Shown one piece after another: positions 1-13,834 of a DNA stretch of 64,000 bases. The translations under genes were made by a program, and so were the position numbers. The stretch is taken from positions 7,992-71,991 of the forward strand of contig MQRK01234409.1 of the NCBI GenBank assembly GCA_001938485.1, in the 5' to 3' direction. Source of the stretch: Girardia tigrina. Its lineage: Eukaryota. Below the pieces are notes generated by a model that worked only from the letters and a program-made list of their open reading frames with translations, was not told where the DNA came from and did no database searches. Position 1 is the stretch's first letter; every line of letters begins with the position of its first letter.

Positions 1-78
1 AACATAGAATAAGAGTTCAGTAATATTTTCTATAATTTATATCTAAACGTGATTGTGAAGGCGAAACAGATAATGAAG

Positions 79-108
79 CAACTGTAACCCTACTTTTGGC
101 CCACCCTG
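79..108. mobile_element. Orphan Tc1/mariner-type terminal inverted repeat
   Basis: CAACTGTAACCCTACTTTTGGCCCACCCTG followed by TA; the reverse complement CAGGGTGGGCCAAAAGTAGGGTTACAGTTG is a typical Tc1/mariner terminus. No partner end is visible in the window. Confidence 0.5.
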
Positions 109-329
109 TATATTATATTATATCATAATAATTCTGTTTTGACCGTTACTATTTTTATGCTTTTCCATTTACAAAACTTAGAAAGTAATTGTGTTAATTC
201 TTTTCGAAAGATGGAAGTTTTTGGTTATAATGAGAAAAATTTGGAGGCTAAGGACTTTCAAAATTCTTTTTTTTACTGATTTATGATACTTAGGTTTTTT
301 AAGAAGTGTGTTGTTATTATAATTATTAT

Positions 330-1260
330 AGCTGTTCAATAACAGTAAAACTGATGTGGTTGCTTTGGGTATATTATTCTCTGTGTCATCAAACTAGATG
401 TACTATTTTCTCGACGCCATTCTTTAAAATGTTTGCTATATGATAATAGATCTCGATTATTTTAGATGTGTAGACTGAAGGACGCGTAATTAGAGATTTT
501 TTAGCCATAGAAATTTTTATTCATTAAGTGTTAAAGGTATGATATGTTTAAAATTGTTTAGTATTCTGCAATGTTTGTCATAGTGTAATTTTTGAAATGT
601 ATTCGAGCTAAAAGTATGACTTGCTCAGATAAAGTTGGATTAAAATCTGTAAGATCACCCATGAAATGTACTAGTGTACCAAAAAGAACTTAAGATAGTG
701 TTTTTGAACATTCCTGGCGTAATTCACCAACCCAAAGAACGTATTAAATTGAATCAAACTAACGTGAATTACTGTCAGCTAATATTTTTAATGATGTTTT
801 GAAAGTTCGATGAAACCATTTCAGGGCACTATAGGATTGAGAATAGTATGCTGAAGTGTGGAATGTTTGTTTTACTAATCGACTAATTAAAAAAATAATC
901 CTGTCTCAAATTGTCTTCCTTGATTAGATATCAAGTATTTTGTAGCTATATATCGACGATTCTGATCGAAAGAAATGGATGTGATTCTGTTTCTGCATCT
1001 TTTTGTTCTAAAGAAAAAATTCCTCGCAAACTGGTTGATCTATCGAGTATTGTAAAGATATATTGATAGTCTCTATCATACGGCAGATAGCAAACTAAAT
1101 CGATATGCACCGATTAAACATGAAGTTGTTGTGGTGGACTGTTCAAATCAGGGTTATTGGCTGTAGAGTTATCTATGCTCCACGTACAACCAGTAAGCCA
1201 TTTATGCGCATCTTTATCAAATGTTGCATAGTAAATGCATTTATTTGATTGAAAGGACAC
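330..1260 (-). mobile_element. Degenerate Ty3/Gypsy integrase remnant
   Basis: Minus-strand reading across stops and frameshifts gives VHIDLVCYLPYDRDYQYIFTILDRST (about 1110-1030) and HTSAYYSQSYSALKWFHRTFKTSL (about 860-790). These match the rve core motifs HIDLVGPLP..G..YLLT.IDRF and TTAYHPQSNG..ERFHRTLK. Boundaries are approximate. Confidence 0.75.
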
Positions 1261-1584
1261 CATATAAAATATAGGAACCAAAAACAAATTACTCATGATA
1301 GTTGTAAGTAATGATATTATAATTAAAACTTGTAAAATGTAAATGTTTTTTAGAAATTTGAAAATGTAATTTTTACAAGAGAAATTCTTAAAATGTAAAT
1401 TTAGGAAATTAAAATATGAAAACATAAATTTTAATATTTATTTTTTAAGAACGTAAAAATATAAGTTGAATTGTAAAATCAATAAATGCAGAAATCATAA
1501 AAACAGTCCACAGTCTTCTTAAAATTGTTATTTTAGATTTACGTGATACTGATTGGAAACAAAAATATAAAGTAAATTTAACGC

Positions 1585-1626
1585 CTATGGGCGTATAATC
1601 GGGTGGACGTATTCTCAGAAAAATAC

Positions 1627-1628
<2 letters not shown>
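1585..1628. mobile_element. pogo/Tc2-type (CCGT-) element terminus
   Basis: ...GACGTATTCTCAGAAAAATACGG then TA and a (TA)n tract; same CCGTATTT terminus class as the 3472-5121 element. Confidence 0.5.

Positions 1629-1665
<37 letters not shown>
1629..1665. repeat. (TA)n microsatellite
   Basis: Seen directly. Similar tracts lie near 5537-5572, 18455-18494, 19230-19281, 28365-28392, 42033-42071, 44697-44732 and 49250-49500. Confidence 0.95.
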
Positions 1666-1667
<2 letters not shown>

Positions 1668-3471
1668 TAACATATTTTTTAAGGTAAAGAAATAAGTAAA
1701 AATACCGATAATTAAAGAAAATGGTTCTTTCATTTCCAAATTTTATAATAAAAGAAATTTTCTTTTATTATTTATTTTAATTTAAATCGATGTTAAAATA
1801 TTTTGCAAATCAATTTTTCCTTATAATCACGTTATCAAATAGATCACGCATTTTCATCTTTTTTAGATATTCTCTTCAAAGCTGAATCTAATCGATAATT
1901 ATTTTATATTTTTATTAGATTTATTAATATATTTTATAGAAAAATGAATGAAATTATTTTATTCTATTTTAAGATAAAAGATGAATTAACTTTTATCTTG
2001 ATACACACATTTCAAGAATTGAATGAGGATAAAATTATTAATTAAAGAAAATATTAAAAATGTTAAATAATATATAAAAATTAAATATAATAACAACTGG
2101 CAATAATGCCATAAAAAGAAAATATGATTAATATTATAATAAAAATTATAATAACTATTATTTTTATTATTAATAAATTATTACAATTTTATTAGCAATA
2201 AAAATCTCACGACTGTCCGATGGTAAAGTAATTTTTATCTCGCCTTAATAATTTATTATTTTTTAATTTAAAGGGTAAAATATTTTTATGTTAATATGCT
2301 TATTTAATATTTTAAAATTAAAAATGATATAATAAAACAACTATTAAAAATCAAAAACGTTTTTAAAAATAAAATATNNNNNNNNNNNNNNNNNNNNNNN
2401 NNNNNNNNNNNNNNNNNNNNNNNNNNNAATAAAACAACTATTAAAAATCAAAAACGTTTTTAAAAATAAAATATTTTTTAATGTGTTTTTGAATATTTTA
2501 GAAAAATTAAAAATGATATAATAAAAGAAAATCATAAAAAATAAAATATCTATTTAAAAATAAAAAAATATCTTTTAATGTATCTATTAAATATCTTAAA
2601 ATTAAAAATGTCATGAAAACAAAAATATTAAATATTTATTTATAAATAAAAATATTTTTAATGAATAATTTTTAAAAAAACTTTGAAATAAATTTTGAAA
2701 ATAAAGTTTAAATAATTTTTGAAATAAATTTTCAGGATTTTAAAATTTAAATCGAAAAGAATTTAATAGATTAATTTGGGTCGAGATAGTTATTAGTGGT
2801 TCTTGGGACTTAGTCAGAATTATTAGTAGCAGACATTAAAACTTTTATTATACTACAAAACAATGTTTAAATCTAATATTTAAACAAATTTTTTTTGAGA
2901 AACTATTTGTTTTATAAATCTTAAACCGATATAGATAAAAAATACTTATAAATATTCATATTTGATTTTTTAATTACTTATATAAATCAATTTTATATTA
3001 CGATAACATTTTAAAATATTTAATCGTTCCATTTAATTTTATTACTTTCTTTAAAATCGTTTCACATAAAAATTGTACACTTTTTTTTTTACTTTTTATA
3101 TTATCTTAAAACTCTCAAAAAAATTTATTATCAATTTAATTGATCTTCTTGATTTTAGTAATTTTATTTTTTTTCAAACATTTAATTATATAAAAATTTT
3201 AATTTGTACATATTTAATATAACCTTCTTTCAAAAATTTTCCTAACATTTTTAATTCCTAACAATAGTTAAATTAACAGGAAAATTTGTTTTAAAGATGT
3301 GAATTGTTATATAAATAAATTTTGGTGTTAAAAAAATGAATCATGATATTGAGGTTGCAACCACTTCTCACATAATGATCAGGTGAATATGTGGTAGGAA
3401 ATATTTAATTGCTTTATTTGTCAATTAACTTGATCAAGTTTGATTCTGAAAATTTGTTGATGTAGAATATA

Positions 3472-5121
3472 CCGTATTTATCGGACTATAAACCGCGGCT
3501 TATATGATAAAAAGTATGAAAATTAAAAAAAATTGGTTAGACTTATACGCGTGTGCGGCTTATATAAAAATAAAAACTTCAATATATAAATAGAAAACCA
3601 ATAATTTTATTTTAAGATTATTCGATTTCCTCGAATCCATCAAAATCTTCATCATCTATTATTTCAAATGTTTCGCAAATGTGCAAAAATTCCGTTTGGA
3701 TTTCTTGTAAATCTTCATCCTCACTTCCACTTTCAAGTTCTGAATCATCATCACCTTCGATATTTTCATCATAAGTTTGAATCCCTGCTTTCTTAAATCC
3801 ATTTTTAATGCACTGTGGTGTACCATCTTCCCAGGTTTTAACAATCCAATCGCATATTTCTGAATATGCCACTCTTTTGATTTTCCCCGTTTTATTGTAA
3901 ATGAAACAACTAATTATAATTCAATTTCCCCAATGTCTCTTTAGCTTAGATTTGAACGACTTGTTAACTGATAGATCAAATGGTTGAAGGCTTTTAGTGA
4001 TGCCACCAGGGATCACGGCAAGTTCAGAATTTTTTTTGACTTCATTTTTAACTTCCTCCGTAAGATGACATCAAGCAGAATCATATACTAAAAGTGATTT
4101 TGGCTTAAAAAAGGAATCATTTCTTTTTATCGAAATTTTTTCTATCCATTTTTTTCATTATTTCACTATTTAACTATCCATTTTTATTGACTTCAACAAT
4201 AATTCCTTTTGGAAAATTTTCCTTGGGCATTGTTAGTCTTTTAAATATCACCATTGGTTTACATTTTTTTCAATCTGCTTTTACAGTTAATATAACTGTA
4301 AAATTATATTTTTCATTTCTGGTTGTTTTGATCAGATTTTTTTTCCTTTTTCATGAACTGCCCTTGTATCCGGAATATCCAAACTAACAGAAACTTCATC
4401 CATATTCCCAAGATGCTTCAAACCGATATCTCTCTTTATCTTTAATAAAAAAGTAAAAATGATTCTTTTTTCTTCCCAATCAGCTGACAACGATTGTCCG
4501 ACTGAAGTTCTTGTCTCATGCTTAAATTATTTCTTTTCATAAATCTTGTGCACCAACCATTCGTTCCTTTAAAATTTTCTACATTAAAATCATATTTTGC
4601 CATTTTTTCACTGTTAATCTAATATCAATTGTAGAAACTTTAAACCCTTTCTCTCTTTTCTCAATTACATACTTTTTAACGACCTTTTCTAAATCAGGAC
4701 ATTGTGCAAATCCCCCTCTTTTTGCTTTCTTTTTTTCGGCATTACGTTTAAAAGATTTTTCGATTTTCTCCAATTCCGAATGTTTTTTTCATTTATATTG
4801 AATTCTCTTTCTGCTTCTCTGTTACCATATTTTTCATTATAAGCAATAATTTCCAATTTTCTTTCGACCGTAAACGATCTTCTTGTTTTCTTCATTTTTA
4901 ACGTGGATTTTAAATTCAAATGATTTTTATAAAACAAAAATAACTAAAATCAAAATTAAAATAATATTAATTTAAATTTAATGATTTCTTCATTTGCATA
5001 ATTTAAAATAAGCTTTTGATTCAAGTTTTCAAGTCTCAAAAATATGCGACTTATACGCTGTTGAATTTAATTTTCAAAATTAAAAAAAAATTGGATGCGA
5101 CTTATTGTCCGATAAATACGG
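3472..5121 (-). mobile_element. pogo-superfamily DNA transposon with decayed transposase
   Basis: TIRs CCGTATTTATCGGACTATAA (3472) and TTATTGTCCGATAAATACGG (ends 5121), each flanked by TA. ORF pieces 4689-4937 (RRSFTVERKLEII..AEREFNINEKNIRNW, N-terminal HTH), 4579-4773 (CENP-B-type HTH) and 3618-3872 (WIVKTW..CIKNGFKKAG plus acidic tail). The GGITKSLQPFDLSVNKSFK DDE_1 motif is near 3950-4010. Multiple frameshifts. Confidence 0.93.
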
Positions 5122-5531
5122 TATTTGTGATAAATTTCTGACAATCTGGAGAAGGTATGGTATGAAATGTTCTTATCAAAATTGAATTTATAATTAATTT
5201 TCTTCCAACGAAAATGTTCGTATTGGATAATATTTTCGGTAGGATAATATGAAACTTATAGTTTCGGTAAGTAATAATATCGGTAATCCGATATTAAACG
5301 ATGGCATCAAATGTTTGGATGAATTGACTATAATTGCATTTTTGATATTTTGCAGGAATTTTGGATTATAATAACCGGAAAGAGATATTCTAGGTGTAGT
5401 CAAGTAAATTAATTTTATTATAGATTTTTAAAATTTTAACTTGTACATTATTATGATCACTTAGCGTTCTTATATTTATTTTATATGTTTATTTATTTAA
5501 TATATAATTATTTATAGTTATTTTTAATATA

Positions 5532-5575
<44 letters not shown>

Positions 5576-7329
5576 CCGCCCGACTGGTAGTAACAACTAA
5601 AAGTATGGTTCCCAAGTCGTGACTGGTTAAAATAAATATAAGTATTTTAAAAATAATTAAAGTTTATTTTGATATAGATAGAATTAAGAATATTAGTGTA
5701 TAAATATTTATAAAACAAAAAGAAAGAAAAAAATCAACCATTGTCATTTAATTAAATAAATATACAAATTTACATATTTATTAATAGAATATATATTTTA
5801 TTAAATATGTCAATATTAATTATTTGTGGTAGGTCACCACAATATCGATAATTTTCTAATAATTTTTTTTAATTATAATAATATAAATATTGTGGCAGAT
5901 TATATAATTTGAATTTTGCAAATAAACATTCCAATTTTTGTTTATTTGAAGTGAATTTGTTCGTCATTCTCTCTCAAGTTCTCAACGAATCCATTAAGTT
6001 TAATTAAGAGATTTCTTTTGACATTTTTAGTTTGCTTAATTTTCCTTTTTAAAAATATTGAAATAAAAAATATTTCCTTTCCTTATAACTGTTTTTCTCT
6101 GAACCCCCTTGATTATATATTATATTTTGATTTTCACAACTTTTTATTTAAATAAAATAATATAAAAAATCATTATGGAAGAGAAAAACGGAAATTAGCA
6201 ATAATAGTTGGAGAATAGTTACAAACTGTTTTTATTTATTTATTTTTAATATTAAATCAAAAATAATTAATTCTTTTATTGATTAAAAATATTTGTCTGG
6301 CATTTGTTCGGATTATTTATTTTTTTTATTGAATGAAAACTATTGAAATAATAACTTTATGTAATTGTTTTAATTTATTTACCCAGTTTATGTTTCGTTC
6401 GTTTTAATTTACTTAATTAATTAATTCTTTTGTGATTAAATGTGTTTTGAGTTTTTGGAAAACGTAATGCTTAAAAAGAAGAAAAATGAAACACTATTGG
6501 ACTTCTTTAATCTATTTATTAAGTGTAATTGAGAAAAGTTATTTTTGTAAATAATGAATGTTGTTCTCTTTTGTTCCTCCAACAACAACTCAAAATCCAA
6601 GACTCAAAACAACAAACCGACAAATTCGAAACCAAATCGCAACCACTTGATAACATTCTACCAAAGTTTTTCGAATATTCTCAATCTTTGTCAACGACAT
6701 TTCAAATCTTAAATCTGCAAAAACAAATTTGATATCGTTTATGAGTGATTGAAACTTGAAAAATTAATATCGTGTGATAAAATTGAGATTAATTATGTGT
6801 GATAAAGTTGAGATTAAGGCAAATCGAAATTCGTTTTAATTCGTTTCTCTATTTGACAGTTGTATGAAAATATCGAGCGCCAATTTAATTCATTATTTGT
6901 TATGGTTTTATTTTTATGGAGAAAAATTACCAAATTAAAATTTTTCCAATGGAAATATGTGAATTGTGAACATTAAATTGGACAAAGCCACTAACATTCT
7001 AAATTTAAACAAATCATCAATTAATAAAAGCGATAATAAAATCGAAAAATCCGAAAACATTAAATCATGTGTTTTCAAAAATAAACTTTGATCGAGAAAT
7101 GAATTTGTCTTTGGATAACCAGCAAACCCGAGACAAGGCACGGCTATAATGTAGACAAATTGATCCGGCAGTCCAAATTAAAATTAATTAAATTTAATTT
7201 TTTCGATGTTTTTCTACGGGCTTTAATATTTTGGTATTAATTTTTTATAATTGTGTGATAAAAATTAAATGAAATAATAAAAAAGAACATTTGTAATTCA
7301 ATATTAATTTCAATTAATAATAAAAACAA

Positions 7330-7740
7330 AAGAAAGAAAAATATATTTTTGAGATGATATATTACGACGGTTTTACCGTCATCTTCAGATCACTTGAATT
7401 TTAGCGTTTTTACTGTTTAGATACATGCAATTTATGATTATGTAATCATTTACGTAAATTTAACTGAATACTCTTAATAAATTGGTTGATAGTGCCATTT
7501 GAACATTAATTTTAGTGTCACGAGTCCTTCTTAACAAAGATACACACGACACTCCCGATAATTTTAAAAACGCTTGTACAGAATTTGAAATCATTTATAC
7601 TCAAAACACATTTACAAGTTTTCCTATGTTCAGCTGTATTATTCTAACCTCCTCTATAAGCGTGTTCTTGGATTCTTTTTCAGAGATAACGGGCATTTTT
7701 TCAATGTATATATTTTAAAATGGCATATCTTTTCTTTTTA
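7330..7740 (-). mobile_element. Penelope-like element 3' remnant (GIY-YIG endonuclease plus hammerhead)
   Basis: Minus strand reads ARYL*KRIQEHA..NTAEHRKTCKC, closely matching ARHLCKRIQEHG..NIAEHRKKCKC of the ORF at 31576-32256; a hammerhead motif follows downstream. Confidence 0.75.
7353..7391 (-). ncRNA. Minimal type I hammerhead ribozyme motif (one core change, GAAA to GTAA)
   Basis: Minus strand: GAT-CTGAAGA-T-GACGG-TAAAA-CCGTC-GTAA-TATA-TC-ATC; perfect stem II, stem I GAT/ATC. Confidence 0.65.
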
Positions 7741-7817
7741 AAAAATTGCCATTGTTTTTGAAATTTATTAAATAAATTTATTAAATAAATTAATCATTAA
7801 AATTTTTTAAATATTTT

Positions 7818-7920
7818 GGTATTAAATGCCGCGATAGGTGGATTAACTGCCTCAGTATTAATTGTCACATGGTTTAAATAACGGTGATTAAATGTCAAGG
7901 TATTAAGTGTCCATATACCG
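7818..7920. mobile_element. Mutator-like element terminus with short subterminal tandem repeats
   Basis: Repeated GGTATTAAATGTC-like units about 15 bp apart, ending ...GTGTCCATATACCG; this organisation is typical of animal MULE ends. Confidence 0.5.
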
Positions 7921-8704
7921 TAAAAATTATACACTATGATAAATAAATAGAAAAAATCAAATAGCAAAGAAGCATTAAAGTTTAAAAACTTTATTTTAAA
8001 AAGTATGAAATTAAATTTTTTGAAAAAAATGTTTTTAAAAATTAATATATAATTTTATTCTAAAAATTATAATTCCTCTTTTAATTATTTATTAACTATA
8101 AATTATTTTTAAATAAAATTTAGAAGATTTTCACTATTTAATTAATTATTTTATAAACTAAAACTTTCGTTTTTTTATTTTTTTATGAATAAAAGAACGA
8201 CCTCATTGTCGTTTTGCACCTTTCCTTTCACAAAATTAAAAATTAAAATAATTTGTATTAAAAAATTTCAAAAATATTTTTTCAGTGATGCTAATTTAAA
8301 AATAAAATCTTTTTTTTGTATTAATTAAATAAAATTTGGCATTATTAGCATACTTAAATTACTTTATCGTAATATTTCCAAAAAAATTTTAAAATTTTTT
8401 TAAAAAATAAAGAAATTAAAAAAATAAAGAAAATCTTTTCATATTTCGTTTAGAAATTTTTAAATTTTAAAAATATTTAATATTTTTTTATTATATTTAA
8501 ATAAATTTAATAATTAAAAATAATAAATTAAAAGTTAATTCAAATTTTTTTTCAACTAAAATAATGATAAGAAAATATTGTTAAAATTATAATATAATAA
8601 TTATTAATTTGTGCCTAATTTTTACTTAAGTGCCTCTAAAATAATATACAATGTTTAACTTGTTTAAAAAATTTAAAAGAATCATTGGTAAAATAAGAAA
8701 ACCT

Positions 8705-9045
8705 TTTTTGTACAATGTATACGACAGGAATTCTATGTCGACTAAAAGATGAGTGTGAATGTAGTGATTGTAAGAATACTGTTACTGCTACGATTGTGAT
8801 GGAGTGATAGTGTATTGTGAGGAATACACGCCGCGGTGGCGGCGTCCCGGGGTTGTGAAATATGTGTTTCCGGGGCAGGAGGGGAAACACAACGTAATCT
8901 CACTAATTCCACTGGCCTACTTCAAGCATTGCATCAACAGCAGTGTGTCCCACCGATCAATTTCATTGTGGTTAAGACGAGTTTCAACTAGGGGTACTCC
9001 ATCGTCTCATAACAACTCCTCAACACTCCGTCAGTATCGATCGAA
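8705..9045 (+). pseudogene. Possible CRC/CXC-domain (tesmin/LIN-54-like) gene fragment
   Basis: Reads FCT.YTTGILCRLKDECECSDCKN, resembling YCEC..AG..C...C.C.DCKN, followed by a GC-rich low-complexity stretch (AAVAAS..LLQALHQQQ). Interrupted by stops. Confidence 0.3.
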
Positions 9046-10111
9046 CAATTCAATAATTAAGTGTTTTATCAAGCTTTTATTTGATTTTATTTGCAAGCAT
9101 TCATAAGACACAAAAATATAAATATATACTAGGGTGATTCAAAAGTGTTTTCGTTTTTCCAATCATTTTGTCAAAATAGCTGTTAAAATAAACAAAACAG
9201 GTCCACAATACGAAGGTAGGTATGTAAATCGATAAAATATATTATTGATGCGGATTTGATTTTTTATTATATTTTATCTATACGCATGAATATATTCGAC
9301 AAAAAAAAATTTTTATACGTATGTAAATCTGATAAATTATAATAACAAGAATAATATATAAAAATTATTTAATAGCAATAGATCACACAAATTTGTATAT
9401 TCGTAGTCAATAAGAAATAATAACAAAAACGAATTACTTGAATGCAGTCAAAATCTTGGGATACGATGTTATTCGACAATCTAAAATCTTCAGCAAAAAA
9501 TGGTTCAATTGATCGACAACTTTTGAAAATATTTTTTCTTTTATTCTCGTTTTACCACAATAACAAAGATTAGATAGTTAATTCAGTTTTTTTAATATAT
9601 CGAGAATCACTTCCGGAAGGATTTGTAGTTGATTTAAATGATCTTGTAATGTTTTAAATTCTTGAGGAAATTACGGAGATAAAAAATAATCGTAAAATTC
9701 TTATCCAACAACAACAAAAAAATAATACAAATAATACAACAAATTCTACTCGTGACTGGTCGTTTCTCACTGGATTGTCGAAGCGTGTGAGAAAGCGAAA
9801 GATTGACGTCTCAGTAGGAGGCCTAACGGGGCATTATAGACTTATTTAGTTTGAGTGGACCATCTAAAAAGACCCTATAGGCTCAATGCTATTCTTGAAA
9901 ATACATTAATATTAGCTTTTTTATTATTTAGATTTTAAGTATTCATATTCCAAAATATGTTAAAAATTTCTTGAAAAAAAGAGTTACAGACATATATATT
10001 TTTTTATCATTTTATATAATCTCCACATAGAAATAAGTTAAATCTTGTAAATCCTAATCTCAAAATATATTTTTATTGATAGTTAAAACATACAGTTTAA
10101 ACTAATTTTTT

Positions 10112-10160
10112 TGCCTAGGGAGGGCGATCAACCTGATCGCCCCCCCTAAATCCTCTCCTG
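10112..10160. mobile_element. hAT-like terminus (orphan)
   Basis: GGGCGATCAACCTGATCGCCCCCCCTAAATCCTCTCCTG: a GC hairpin and an end resembling the reverse complement of CAGTGGCGGATTTAGGGG. Confidence 0.35.
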
Positions 10161-10345
10161 ATTCGAAAGCAATGTTTATTTGTCCACAAGCCATAGTTTT
10201 TTGTCCATTCTAATCGTTTCTTACTTTGCTTCTTAGTTAAAAGTAGGCATTTGCTGCAACACTAACAAATAATTTAAGTTTCCGTAATTTGTTTTTTTAC
10301 AGATTCAATACACAAAGTGTTCCATCAGTTTCGTAATTATCTTAA

Positions 10346-10960
10346 CCCTTTCGCTGCGGCCCCCTATAAACGTCATATGCGGCCTATTTTTTGGGAATTT
10401 CGTGATGTAAAGTGAGACTCATGTCATGCATAAGTTCTCATATCTCTGGAAGTAGACGTCNNNNNNNNNNNNNNNNNNNNNNNNNNNNNNNNNNNNNNNN
10501 NNNNNNNNNNNNNNNNNNNNNNNNNNNNNNNNNNNNNNNNNNNNNNNNNNNNNNNNNNNNNNNNNNNNNNNNNNNNNNNNNNNNNNNNNNNNNNNNNNNN
10601 NNNNNNNNNNNNNAGGTTATTTATTTTTGCTTATTTGAACTCCCCGTCCTCGAAAATGTTACAATCGACACCAATATCAAGTCTGTATGATAATATAGAA
10701 GTACTTAGAAAAAGTCATCAGCACTGCATATGCACTGCATTTTCATGATCATTTCCAGGTCATCCATTGTTTCCATAGTGATTATACGGACTGAAACTAA
10801 AGTTTTTTTAATACTCTGTGCGACAGAATTAAATTCCGATAAGCTACATAAAATTGTTACGCACTGTATTGCAATATAAAGCATGACGAGACCCTCTCGT
10901 CAGCCGCATATTGGTATTGATTTTAATGACGAGACCTTCTCGTCATCCACAGCGAAGGGG
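10346..10960. mobile_element. Non-autonomous piggyBac element spanning a gap
   Basis: TTAA|CCCTTTCGCTGCGG ... CCACAGCGAAGGGG|TTAA, with two internal TGACGAG..CTCGTCA palindromes near the right end. Confidence 0.85.
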
Positions 10961-12364
10961 TTAACTTGATATATTATTTATTTTGTTATAAAGCGCTGAG
11001 AATATTTTTTGTTTTGTTATTGATAAAAAGTCTGATAAATCTGTTCTGATTTTTTAAATTTCTTAAAATAATGAGTTTAACGTAATGATAATTAATTCGT
11101 ATATTATTTTGTATAAAAAATTAGTACATATGAACAATATTATTTTAAAAATATATAAAGTATTTAGAATATATATATCCCATAAACTAAAAGCAACACT
11201 TATAAAATGCGGCTCATTACTTTTTATCGACTGTTTTTAAACTATTTACATTTATTTCATTATTAAAACAATTCGTTTCCATTAATTTGAAACTTCGATC
11301 AATTATTATTACGGAAAAAACAAGTAATTATAATTATATTGATAAATCATTCTTAAATAATTATTCTCTTAAAATTTATTTTTTAATTTTGGTTAGGTCT
11401 CTCATTAAATAATTTCGGTACTGCAAATTTTGAATAAAACTAAAAAATTAAAAAACTAAAAACATGGAGCAATTTCTTTAAAAAAACTAAATGAAAGGTC
11501 AAAATTTCAGCGAATAATGATTAATTGTAAATATTTCAAGTTATTTATTTAATTTTATTTTAATTTTATTGATAACGTTTAAATTTATTATTAATCGGTT
11601 AATCTTCAAAGGGATTCAATTTCACTTTAATGGAAATAAAATTTCAACTATATCAATTTAATAATATTTTAATGGAACTATTTTATTTTTCAGTTAAAAC
11701 AAAATGTTATTTATTTACGTTTTATATCTGATAAAATAAAAATTAAAAAAAATTAACAAAATATTTTTTTAAAAAAATTAAAAAATTTATTTTTCTAACA
11801 ATACGCATTTTTATAAGAAAAAAATATTACAAAAGAAAATATTTTTTAATTTTTTTTATTTCGAGAAAATGAATTTAATATTAGAAAATATTTTTTTTCA
11901 GTAGTATAATTGTCTGAAATTTGATTTAAAAATAATTACTGAAAGAAGAGATAAATTTTCCCGTTTCATTTTGATTAAAAAATAATTTTTGTTTTTGTAA
12001 AAATATAATAAAAATTATTTAAAATAATTTTTGATTATTTATTTTTAGATTAAAGATAAAAAGTTGTCATTAATTATCAAATATTATTTGTTTTTATTTT
12101 TATTTAATTTTTTTAACAAACAACTTTATTAATGTAATTATAACTGTTAATAAATATCGTTTATTTTTATATAAAGTATGTTTTTTATAATATTTATTTT
12201 ATTATAAATTTATATTTTTAGAGGTGTATCGTGTATTTTAATGTTTTTTTTATAATTTAAAAATTTATAATTCTAAAAAAATACTTTTTTTAATAATAAA
12301 TTGACAAAAGTAATTTATAAGTATTAAAAATCACAAAAGAATGTTATTTAAAACTATATTTGAA

Positions 12365-12403
12365 GGTCATAGACTTCGACCGTTTTACCAACTTCATCAG
12401 ATC
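12365..12403 (-). ncRNA. Degenerate hammerhead motif of the Penelope family
   Basis: Minus strand: GAT-CTGATGA-AGTTGG-TAAAA-CGGTC-GAAG-TCTA-TG-ACC; same layout as the 7353-7391 copy. Confidence 0.4.
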
Positions 12404-13319
12404 CTGGATATTGTTGTTTTTTACAACATAAATATGTGGAATAAACAAAATTATTAAAATTAGTTACGAATTAGTTACACATAATCTCTGAAAGCGAGTT
12501 TCAAGACCCCGCTTTAAATGGGAATTAGAGTAATATTGCTGAACATATGAAAATTGTAATTGTAACTTAGTAAAAATTATTTCAATATTCTTTGCAAGAA
12601 TTTCATTTTTTTGGGAGAATGTCATATCTGACCGATTTTCAGGTTGCTCCGAAGACCGGATGGTGGCAGCAAACACAACACACATAGATTTTGTGCTGCG
12701 CCCATTTCAGATCGTTTTCAGAGAGATTTGATCTAGTTCGGCCCATTTTAATTAGCTTCCAGTTAAAAATATTTGTTATAAGCAGTTCGATACCTATGAA
12801 GTAGAATCAAGTTTTTTTTATAAATCATTCGGCAAAAATAAAAAAATAATTGATAAAAACTTTAAAAAAATAAGACATAAGAATGAATTTCCATTTTTTT
12901 CCAAACTCATAATTGATAATTTTGAAATCGTTTAATTTACGAAAATCAGCAATCGTTTAAAATCGATAGAATTCAAATTCGTTCTCTCCGAGAATCAAAT
13001 TGTACCATATTAAATAAAAAGTTATAAAATCTCTAGCTGACAAAACTCGCTCAGAACGAGTAATCAATCGATTCGACCATTCAGTTGTCTATTGTTACAA
13101 ATCTGCGCCCACAGGGCAATCGTTCCGTCAATGAATTCGATGAGCACTGACTTAAACTAACCCGATTTCTCACAAAGTAAAACAATTAGTTACATGAATC
13201 AATTTAATTCAAATTATCTAACTAAAATCAGTTTGAATTCAAATAACTATCATTTTTATGTTATATCTTTTTAATTATTTAATATTAGTTATTTATCATA
13301 TTAGTAAATATGTTCAAGA

Positions 13320-13834
13320 GGTGTAACAAAAGTTCGTGGAAAAAGACAAATCCTTGTGACTGCAGTTTGTGTGTTAGAATTACCTGCTGCCTTGTTAGTG
13401 GGGTTTTGCAAATGTCAACTGTTGGGTTCTCTTCAAGACGGAGAACTTGCGGTCCACAAAATCGGCGAAACCGACACTCCAAAGCCAAGATAGAACCGAG
13501 AAAATGGTCTCTCAGTTAAGACAATCAGAATCTTCTCCAATAAACAGCAACGCACCGCTACGATGCCCAGAGCAATCAACGCGATTTCAACCCCATATGC
13601 GATGGCTCCAATAGAATTTGCGTTCTGCTGCATCAATGAAAATATTCCACCTGAACTTGCTGATGAGATTCTAATTTTAGTTATGAAATTTTTAAATTGC
13701 GCTTCAATATCGTAAATGTTCTTCATAAAGAAATTCATTCGCCAGAGCAATAGAGCACCGATAACCGCAAGCACAATTCCAATCATCATCAATAAAGAAT
13801 TGAAGATACTGATAACGAGTTTTAAAACGCACAT
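13320..13834 (-). pseudogene. Tetraspanin pseudogene, apparently intronless and internally deleted
   Basis: ORF 13433-13834 starts CVLKLVISIFNSLLMMIGIVLAVIGALL (TM1 with the conserved N and G), then has a long EC1 and TM2 ending ..LGIVAVRCCLLEKIL. A frameshifted EC2-like part follows (G..GVSGFADF..NCSHKDLSFSTNFCY). TM3 and TM4 are not recognisable. Confidence 0.7.

Noticed and set aside
2331-2475. Identical 47-bp sequence on both sides of an N gap
   Set aside because: Typical scaffolding overlap inside a degenerate AT-rich tandem repeat; it cannot be taken as a real duplication.
6770-6818. 26-bp tandem duplication GTGTGATAAAATTGAGATTAATTAT
   Set aside because: Only two copies; ordinary slippage.
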